Position numbers and translations under genes: made by a program. A model generated the notes under the pieces. It ran no database searches, was not told the DNA's origin, and was given only the letters and a program-made list of their open reading frames with translations. Of a DNA stretch of 32,000 bases, positions 19,101-27,889 are shown in pieces; the stretch's first letter is position 1; every line of letters starts with the position of its first letter. This stretch comes from Roseiflexus castenholzii DSM 13941 (GTDB taxonomy: Bacteria > Chloroflexota > Chloroflexia > Chloroflexales > Roseiflexaceae): assembly GCF_000017805.1 (NCBI RefSeq), contig NC_009767.1, positions 4,287,184 through 4,319,183 on the forward strand, written 5' to 3'.

Positions 19101-22100
19101 GCCGCCCTTTCCGATTTTTCGGCTCGCAGAAGAGCACTGAAATATGAACTCACCCGCACCGGACACCCAATCGCGGAGCCTTTCCGATTTTTCGGCTCGC
19201 AGAAGAGCACTGAAATTCCTGAAGGAAAGAAGCATTCTGTACGACCTAGTTGTTTCCGATTTTTCGGCTCGCAGAAGAGCACTGAAATGCCGAGGGCGTC
19301 GGCGTCGAGGATTGCGCGGAGACCTTTCCGATTTTTCGGCTCGCAGAAGAGCACTGAAATATCAGTACTGTGGCCGGTTTCCTGGCGCTAGCGCCATTTC
19401 CGATTTTTCGGCTCGCAGAAGAGCACTGAAATTCTTCGTGGGCGACGCAAAGGCGAGCAAACTCACGCGTTTCCGATTTTTCGGCTCGCAGAAGAGCACT
19501 GAAATTGTTACACTTCATACTCGGAGACTGGCTTCCGCCACCTTTCCGATTTTTCGGCTCGCAGAAGAGCACTGAAATAGACGACAACCGCGCCGCGCAG
19601 CGCCTGGACGGATTTCCGATTTTTCGGCTCGCAGAAGAGCACTGAAATCCATGCCTGTTGCTACTACCATTGCCCTATTAGCGTTTCCGATTTTTCGGCT
19701 CGCAGAAGAGCACTGAAATTTCGACGACCTGCGGCGGCATCTTCTCCAGCGCCTGTTTCCGATTTTTCGGCTCGCAGAAGAGCACTGAAATCCGTCGGAA
19801 GTTGCGCGAAGGGAAGTCGGCGCGATGATCTTTCCGATTTTTCGGCTCGCAGAAGAGCACTGAAATCTCGCAATCGCGCTCCACGCCGCAGACGCAGCGT
19901 TTTTTCCGATTTTTCGGCTCGCAGAAGAGCACTGAAATCCGATTGTGCGGCAGTTCCCGACGCCGCCATCGCTGCGCTTTCCGATTTTTCGGCTCGCAGA
20001 AGAGCACTGAAATTCATCAACCATCACAGACGCTCTCACCATCCGATACCTTTCCGATTTTTCGGCTCGCAGAAGAGCACTGAAATGTCGAACATGTGCC
20101 GCGTCCCGTCATCATCGAAATTTTCCGATTTTTCGGCTCGCAGAAGAGCACTGAAATGCGACGCATGCGACGCTTGCGTGAGAAACGTGACATCCTTTCC
20201 GATTTTTCGGCTCGCAGAAGAGCACTGAAATTTCGTCAGCGCCTTCATCAACCATCACAGACGCTCTCTTTCCGATTTTTCGGCTCGCAGAAGAGCACTG
20301 AAATGCAAGCGTCGCGCACAAAACAGTTCGTAATCCGAACGTTTCCGATTTTTCGGCTCGCAGAAGAGCACTGAAATGCGCCGGTCGGGTGCTCGATATT
20401 GCCTTGTTGCGCCGACTTTCCGATTTTTCGGCTCGCAGAAGAGCACTGAAATTTCGGCATCTGTGAGGAGGGGGCGCGAAAGGAGGCTTTTTCCGATTTT
20501 TCGGCTCGCAGAAGAGCACTGAAATCCTTCCCGGCTTCCCGGCGCCGGTTCCGGCTGCCGGTTTTCCGATTTTTCGGCTCGCAGAAGAGCACTGAAATTA
20601 TTGCAATCGCATCGGTCGCGTCGTCGGCGATTGCTTTCCGATTTTTCGGCTCGCAGAAGAGCACTGAAATTCGATCAGTTTTGTCAAGACTTCTCGATAT
20701 GCCGGATTTCCGATTTTTCGGCTCGCAGAAGAGCACTGAAATTCCGTTTTTCGTCTTGTCGTCTCATGTTGTCACCTTTCCGATTTTTCGGCTCGCAGAA
20801 GAGCACTGAAATGCACATCGCGGATAAGCGCGTAGAGCGTTATATGCATTTCCGATTTTTCGGCTCGCAGAAGAGCACTGAAATTGGGTGTTGTATGCTT
20901 GACTATGCGCGCGTTCGATGCTTTCCGATTTTTCGGCTCGCAGAAGAGCACTGAAATCCGGTCGGTCTTGTCGCGCGGCGCTGCGCATCGTATTTCCGAT
21001 TTTTCGGCTCGCAGAAGAGCACTGAAATCGCAGCGCCTGGATGTCATCCAGCGAGCGCAACACTTTCCGATTTTTCGGCTCGCAGAAGAGCACTGAAATC
21101 TCAACCGCGCGCCGGAGATCGCTGAACAACTCCTCTTTCCGATTTTTCGGCTCGCAGAAGAGCACTGAAATTGCTCAATGCTGCTGGCGCCATTGCGAGG
21201 ATGATTGCTTTCCGATTTTTCGGCTCGCAGAAGAGCACTGAAATTGAGATCGCGCGTCGGATTGGATGCTCGCATATCACTTTCCGATTTTTCGGCTCGC
21301 AGAAGAGCACTGAAATCCGGTGTGCTATGAGCGTGATGTTCCGGGCGACGACTTTCCGATTTTTCGGCTCGCAGAAGAGCACTGAAATACAAACGCAGGA
21401 AGTCAATCCATTGACCACCGCCGATTTCCGATTTTTCGGCTCGCAGAAGAGCACTGAAATCGCAGCGTGACGGCGTGGGGGGTCAGATTTACCAGTTTCC
21501 GATTTTTCGGCTCGCAGAAGAGCACTGAAATTGGTCGTCTCCGTCGCCGCTCCCGCCCTCCCCGGACTTTCCGATTTTTCGGCTCGCAGAAGAGCACTGA
21601 AATCTACGAGTCAAATAATCGACACAATCACGCCGCGTCATCTTTCCGATTTTTCGGCTCGCAGAAGAGCACTGAAATGCGTATGACTGGCGCCTGAACG
21701 CGAGTAGTTGATTCCTTTCCGATTTTTCGGCTCGCAGAAGAGCACTGAAATTGTCCAGCCATGCCAGCCTTCTTTCCACCCAGTCTCTTTCCGATTTTTC
21801 GGCTCGCAGAAGAGCACTGAAATATGAAGGTAAGTACGGCGGAGCGTATGGATTGACTTTTCCGATTTTTCGGCTCGCAGAAGAGCACTGAAATCGCGCT
21901 CGATAACCACGCGCGCGCGCGCGTCGTCTTTCCGATTTTTCGGCTCGCAGAAGAGCACTGAAATGTCATACTCATCAACGCTGATCCCCATCAACACGTT
22001 GCTTTCCGATTTTTCGGCTCGCAGAAGAGCACTGAAATCCTCTCGCTCACGTCGAGCGCGATACATGTCGAATCTTTCCGATTTTTCGGCTCGCAGAAGA

Positions 22101-25100
22101 GCACTGAAATTCGTAATTGATCGCTTCGCTCAGCATCCGATAGTGATTTTCCGATTTTTCGGCTCGCAGAAGAGCACTGAAATGCGTAGTAACACGGTAG
22201 CAGCGTACTGTGTTCATCGTCTTTCCGATTTTTCGGCTCGCAGAAGAGCACTGAAATCTGTACGTGGTGTCAGCAACAAGACAGTGCCACTTTCTTTCCG
22301 ATTTTTCGGCTCGCAGAAGAGCACTGAAATATGTCGACAAAAATCAGCGCATCAACCTGTATTACTTTCCGATTTTTCGGCTCGCAGAAGAGCACTGAAA
22401 TTTTTCGAGCGAAACAAGCTTATCAACCATATCGCGGCTTTCCGATTTTTCGGCTCGCAGAAGAGCACTGAAATTTTTGACCGAGCAAAAAGTTTACAGA
22501 GTCAATTAACTTTCCGATTTTTCGGCTCGCAGAAGAGCACTGAAATCCGAGAATCAGGGCGTTATTGTAATTCAATCCCGACTTTCCGATTTTTCGGCTC
22601 GCAGAAGAGCACTGAAATATGAACTCACCCGCACCGGACACCCAATCGCGGAGCCTTTCCGATTTTTCGGCTCGCAGAAGAGCACTGAAATCTTTACCAC
22701 AAGACATAACACAAATATCCTTTGTAGCTTTCCGATTTTTCGGCTCGCAGAAGAGCACTGAAATTGTTAAACAACGTGCATTGGTTTAGAAGGACTGGTA
22801 AACTTTCCGATTTTTCGGCTCGCAGAAGAGCACTGAAATTGTACAAACCTGGCAATCGGTGTAAACGGGTTGAATTTCCGATTTTTCGGCTCGCAGAAGA
22901 GCACTGAAATGATTGTCTTGCGTGTCGCTCCACGAGACCTGACTCGCTTTCCGATTTTTCGGCTCGCAGAAGAGCACTGAAATTGCAGGTTTCGGGAAAT
23001 TATCAGGAGGAACGGTAGCCTTTCCGATTTTTCGGCTCGCAGAAGAGCACTGAAATCGGAAGGGATGTCATCTTCTCCTTGGTCGATAGAATTTCCGATT
23101 TTTCGGCTCGCAGAAGAGCACTGAAATATCTCATCGCCAATCGATCGCTCTCGCCGCAAGTGGCTTTCCGATTTTTCGGCTCGCAGAAGAGCACTGAAAT
23201 ACGGTTCGGGTTACAACAAGCGCCCCGGCGAGTTTGCTTTCCGATTTTTCGGCTCGCAGAAGAGCACTGAAATGGCGTTACGCGCCGCCGAGCGTTGCGC
23301 GCCGCGCACTCTTTCCGATTTTTCGGCTCGCAGAAGAGCACTGAAATCTTCAGATCGAGACGCCTCCAAAAGTTTTTTCTTTCTTTCCGATTTTTCGGCT
23401 CGCAGAAGAGCACTGAAATCAAGATTGTCGCCAATTCGCCTGTCTGCTCTGTGTGTTTCCGATTTTTCGGCTCGCAGAAGAGCACTGAAATCATGGACAA
23501 CCACGCGCCAACCCCGATCGGTGGTCGTCTTTCCGATTTTTCGGCTCGCAGAAGAGCACTGAAATCCGTACTTACCTTCATTGGTGTACGGCGGCGAGAT
23601 GCTTTCCGATTTTTCGGCTCGCAGAAGAGCACTGAAATTCTGTCCGAGACGGTTCACAATCGGTTCGATTTTGCCTTTCCGATTTTTCGGCTCGCAGAAG
23701 AGCACTGAAATCTAAGAGCATACGAAAAGAAGTTACTGCTATAAAGATTTCCGATTTTTCGGCTCGCAGAAGAGCACTGAAATTGAAACTCAAGGGTGGG
23801 TCGCACCGATGTTTCCTGCTTTCCGATTTTTCGGCTCGCAGAAGAGCACTGAAATTCCCTTTTTCCTTGATCCAAACCTCGATGTCCGCTTTCCGATTTT
23901 TCGGCTCGCAGAAGAGCACTGAAATACCCTAAGATTTTCTTCTTGTTGTTTTACGACAACATTTCCGATTTTTCGGCTCGCAGAAGAGCACTGAAATAAT
24001 ACTATTTGAGCGTAGCAATGCGCATGCTTGCACCTTTCCGATTTTTCGGCTCGCAGAAGAGCACTGAAATACGTCATGGCGCGCCGCCAAAAAGCCGCGC
24101 TAACGCTTTCCGATTTTTCGGCTCGCAGAAGAGCACTGAAATAGGTCGAGCGCGAGTTGCCTCACGTCCTCAAGTGATTTCCGATTTTTCGGCTCGCAGA
24201 AGAGCACTGAAATTTCCGCCCGCGCTGGCGCGCCACGCGCGGGCGACGGCCTTTCCGATTTTTCGGCTCGCAGAAGAGCACTGAAATCGGTGCTGTTGTA
24301 GCGTCGTGACGGTGCGATTTTCTCGCTTTCCGATTTTTCGGCTCGCAGAAGAGCACTGAAATTTCCCGATTCGTGGTGGTCGTATGGATGGGATGACTTT
24401 CCGATTTTTCGGCTCGCAGAAGAGCACTGAAATCGCGGGGTGCTCAAAAACCACGCAGAGCCCCGCTCGTGTTTCCGATTTTTCGGCTCGCAGAAGAGCA
24501 CTGAAATCACAGGCGGCGGCGGACACAGCGATGCGTTGATGGCGCGTTTCCGATTTTTCGGCTCGCAGAAGAGCACTGAAATCTTTGTGATGCCGGTATC
24601 GGCGCGACAAATGTCTGATTACGTTTCCGATTTTTCGGCTCGCAGAAGAGCACTGAAATACAATTATTCCTTCGGCCGAGCGTTTGCGTTCAAAGTTTCC
24701 GATTTTTCGGCTCGCAGAAGAGCACTGAAATATTTATTGCGCGACGCGCAGACACGCGGCTTGATTGAGTTTCCGATTTTTCGGCTCGCAGAAGAGCACT
24801 GAAATCTCGTAGAGCTCGGAATGACACGCAAGGATTGCATTCAGTTTCCGATTTTTCGGCTCGCAGAAGAGCACTGAAATTATGACGGCGACCCCGGCTG
24901 GTATTGCCGTGACGGTTTCCGATTTTTCGGCTCGCAGAAGAGCACTGAAATATCAGATCGTTGAGCCTGGGGAAGAGTACATCATAGGTTTCCGATTTTT
25001 CGGCTCGCAGAAGAGCACTGAAATATACAGTAGATCATGCTGTCTGCTTGACTATGTGCGGTTTCCGATTTTTCGGCTCGCAGAAGAGCACTGAAATCGG

Positions 25101-25608
25101 CAAAACAGATCGCGCTCGCGCGCCCGCGCGCGGGTTTCCGATTTTTCGGCTCGCAGAAGAGCACTGAAATATTTCAGAGAGGGCCATCCTTTCAATTACG
25201 TCGCCGGGTTTCCGATTTTTCGGCTCGCAGAAGAGCACTGAAATATCAATGACCTATTCTCACCATCTTGCACCCGCGCAAGGTTTCCGATTTTTCGGCT
25301 CGCAGAAGAGCACTGAAATTGGTTGGTCGCTGGGGGTGGAGCGTCACGCCGCCGGTTTCCGATTTTTCGGCTCGCAGAAGAGCACTGAAATGTTATCAGA
25401 GCAGAAGATCGTTTCGCTCATCGATACGTTTCCGATTTTTCGGCTCGCAGAAGAGCACTGAAATTCAGGGAACGCGGGAATAAGCGCGCGACAAGCGCCA
25501 AAGTTTCCGATTTTTCGGCTCGCAGAAGAGCACTGAAATAGGTCGCAATTGGACCGCCGTCAATATGCAAAACGTGTTTCCGATTTTTCGGCTCGCAGAA
25601 GAGCACTG
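10130..25608 (+). CRISPR. CRISPR array: 214 repeats (213 full plus a 33-nt truncated terminal copy) and 213 spacers, unit length 70-77 nt
   Basis: The repeat is NTTTCCGATTTTTCGGCTCGCAGAAGAGCACTGAAAT (37 nt). It has hairpins CCGA-TTTT-TCGG and GCTC-GCAGAA-GAGC followed by an 8-nt ACTGAAAT tail. Positions 2-37 are invariant apart from one SNP at 17176. Orientation is + because the leader and promoter are at the cas end, the truncated and degenerate repeats are at the far end, and the hairpin-plus-8-nt-handle geometry fits. Track peptides such as FRFFGSQKSTEI, SDFSARRRALK and SVLFCEPKNRK are repeat translations. Confidence 0.99.
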
Positions 25609-26051
25609 CCCCCCTAATCTCCCGCACGCGGGGGGGTAAGGGGGGTAAGGGGGGCAACTTGCCGAGGTCGGGCGCAGAATGCGCATGGCACGAGCGGCGG
25701 TTCGGCGCTGCACCGGGTAAGGGGGGCAACTTGCCGAGGTCGGGCGCAGAATGAGGGAGATTGCGAAGGAGCAACCCCCCGCACGCGGGGGGAAGGGTTG
25801 TCAAAACGGGTAATCCTCCTCGTTCTCCTCGGCAACCCCCCATACACGGGGGAAAGGAGGCTCACCGGCGAGACATATACCGGCGGCAGCGGGCAACCCC
25901 CGCACGCGGGGAAAGGGATAATGCAGGCTCACAACACAAGGAGACCGGTTGGCAACCTTTACGGCGCGAATGTAATCTCGATAATCCTGCATAAATGCAG
26001 GCTCACGACACAAGGAGACCGGTTGGCCCCCCACACGCAGGAGAAGGGGCG
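25609..26051. repeat. Mosaic of unrelated, partly decayed CRISPR-like repeats in the trailer
   Basis: (a) A 39-nt direct repeat GGGTAAGGGGGGCAACTTGCCGAGGTCGGGCGCAGAATG at 25643-25681 and 25715-25753 (period 72). (b) GC hairpin units GCAACCCCCCGCACGCGGGGGGAAGGG at 25771, 25832 and 25893 (period 61, 61), plus degenerate relatives at 25616 and 26025. (c) A 34-nt repeat AATGCAGGCTCAC[A/G]ACACAAGGAGACCGGTTGGC at 25920-25953 and 25994-26027. Confidence 0.7.
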
Positions 26052-26080
26052 ATTTCCGATTGTTTGGCTCGCAGAAGCAC
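26052..26080 (+). repeat. Degenerate copy of the main CRISPR repeat, 444 nt beyond the truncated terminal repeat
   Basis: ATTTCCGATTgTTTgGCTCGCAGAAG--CAC compared with ATTTCCGATTTTTCGGCTCGCAGAAGAGCAC: two substitutions and a 2-nt deletion, with the 3' handle lost. Confidence 0.7.
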
Positions 26081-26364
26081 CCGCGCGGGCGTTCACGACC
26101 ACACTCAGAAGCCACGCATGTGCAGAGATAGATCACGCGCCGGGAGCGCGAGCAGCACGCCCGCACTCGCAACCTCCTCTGCGCGAGGCTGGCGCTGAGT
26201 CTATGCATCCTTCCGTCTCAGGGCGCGGCCAGATGGTTCTATTTTCCAGGCGCCCCAGGCAACAAACTGCGGGTCTGCGCATCTCCTGTCTCAGGGCGCT
26301 GCGCCCACGCGGGTGCAGATCATGCTTGAAAAACGCCGCTCGTGAGAGGAAGAGAGAAACCGCT

Positions 26365-27636
26365 TCACACAAATCGCTCGAACACCCGATTTCCGAGCAT
26401 TCGTCCGCGATCGGTTAGCCGCACGCCACGTTCAGTGCGCTCGATCAGACCCTGTTCTGCCAGATCCCCCAGTTCCGCTCCAAAGATAGCGTCCATCTCC
26501 ACGCCACACCGGTCGCGGAAGTGCGCGAAGCTGACGCCCGCATTCAGGCGCAGCCCCATGAAAATGGTTTCCGCCGCCAGATCACGAGGAGTCAGGTCGA
26601 TCACTTCGGCAACCGGCAGGTTGCCGGCGCGCACACGAGTAATGTAATCGTCGATGCCCGCTACATCGACATACCGATGCGGGTACAGATGACCATGCGC
26701 GCCCGCGCCTGCCGCCAGGTAATCGGCATTCAGCCAGTATGCCAGGTTGTGATGGCAGGCATGGGATGGCACAGGAGCAGCAGGGTCATCGCTGCGCGCC
26801 CAGTTACTGATTTCGTACTGGACATACCCGGCAACGGCAAAGTGTTCGGTGGCCAGTTCGTACATAGCACCGGTCGCATCATCATCAGGAACACAAACCC
26901 GTCCGCTGCTCACCTGCGCATAGAGCGGCGTGCGTTCCTCCAGGATCAGCGAGTAGAGCGCAAAATGATCGGCGCCCCAGGACACAATCTCGCGCAACGT
27001 CTCCTCCCACTGCGCAATCGTCTGACCCGGCAGTCCAAAGATGAAATCCAGGTTGATGCTCTTGAACCCGGCAGCGCGCGCATCGTTGAACGACGCATAC
27101 GCTTCCGCAGCCGTATGAATACGCCCCAGAACCCGCAACGTTGGATCGTGGAGGCTCTGCACCCCCAGACTTATCCGGTTGACTCCCATAGCGCGCAGGG
27201 CGCGCAGATAGTCGCGCCTCAGCACCGTCCCCGGATTGCACTCGACGGTCACCTCAGCTTCGCGGAGCGGAATCACGCCATCAGCGGCGGCGAGCGTCCG
27301 CTCCATCAGCGCCTCTGGGAGCATACTCGGCGTACCGCCGCCCAAAAAAATCGTTGGACGCAGCATCGCGCGTGTCAGGTCGGCAGTTAGCGGGAGCGCC
27401 GGGGAAATGGTGCGCTGCGGATGCGCCAGTGAGCGCAACTCTGCACAGAGCGTCGCCACATACGCCTCCATACGATCCTCCATGTTGGCGTAGGTGTTGA
27501 AGTCGCAGTAGGCGCAACGCCGATGGCAAAAGGGAATATGGATGTAGAGGTGGCGCACGTCTGGTCTTCGACGCCATTCATTCGCCAGCAATATGCCTGG
27601 CCGTGCGGGTGATAAACTGATGATCGATGGCAGCAT
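26365..27636 (-). CDS. hemW: Radical SAM HemW/HemN-like protein (heme chaperone / coproporphyrinogen III oxidase-like, 423 aa)
   Basis: YIHIPFCHRRCAYCDF is the CxxxCxxC radical SAM cluster motif in the HemN/HemW context. GGGTPS motif and a C-terminal HemN_C-like region are present. Confidence 0.85.
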   Translation of the reverse strand: MLPSIISLSPARPGILLANEWRRRPDVRHLYIHIPFCHRRCAYCDFNTYANMEDRMEAYVATLCAELRSLAHPQRTISPALPLTADLTRAMLRPTIFLGGGTPSMLPEALMERTLAAADGVIPLREAEVTVECNPGTVLRRDYLRALRAMGVNRISLGVQSLHDPTLRVLGRIHTAAEAYASFNDARAAGFKSINLDFIFGLPGQTIAQWEETLREIVSWGADHFALYSLILEERTPLYAQVSSGRVCVPDDDATGAMYELATEHFAVAGYVQYEISNWARSDDPAAPVPSHACHHNLAYWLNADYLAAGAGAHGHLYPHRYVDVAGIDDYITRVRAGNLPVAEVIDLTPRDLAAETIFMGLRLNAGVSFAHFRDRCGVEMDAIFGAELGDLAEQGLIERTERGVRLTDRGRMLGNRVFERFV

Positions 27637-27889
27637 AGGCTATCGCGTGATGATCTTCTACGAATACATAAAGTGAAGAAAATCTTTACCATCGAAGTTT
27701 TTCCGAACATTCGACGCTTTCCTCAAAAGCAGGTTTTGTCGTCTGCCTATCACGCGCGACCTTACGATCACGTGGATGTGACATCGCGCAGGCTAGAGGC
27801 TCGCGCAGCCGAGTGCTACGATCCTGGATCGCATGAATGTGTTTCACACAGGTAATGATGGTATTGTACACTATACTTCGTGAACAACG

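Noticed and set aside
10130-25608. The array might be transcribed from the minus strand, where the reverse-complement repeat ends in GGAAAC/GGAAAG and the variable base would be PAM-derived as in type I-E
   Set aside because: The perfect repeat, the lower-GC leader and the promoter are all at the cas-proximal end. The truncated and degenerate repeats are at the distal end. The plus-strand repeat has a 3' hairpin followed by an 8-nt ACTGAAAT handle. I retain the minus orientation only as a low-probability alternative, testable by RNA-seq.
10037-25865. Well over a hundred short ORFs on both strands across the array, with peptides such as FRFFGSQKSTEI, SDFSARRRALK, PIFRLAEEH, SVLFCEPKNRK, FSALLRAEKSE and FQCSSASRKIGK
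   Set aside because: They are six-frame translations of the 37-nt repeat joined by spacers. Their periodicity is exactly that of the array and they are not genes.
26215-26299. The 12-nt repeat GTCTCAGGGCGC at 26215 and 26288 (period 73), a possible further decayed CRISPR unit
   Set aside because: There are only two short copies, with no similarity to either repeat family. The resemblance of its period to the array unit may be coincidental.
25418-26418. ORFs 25798..26418 (+, 206 aa), 25801..26208 (-), 25418..25843 (-) and 26133..26372 (-)
   Set aside because: They lie in the repeat mosaic and trailer and have no RBS. Their Pro/Arg/Gly-rich products are typical of random open frames in GC-rich DNA.
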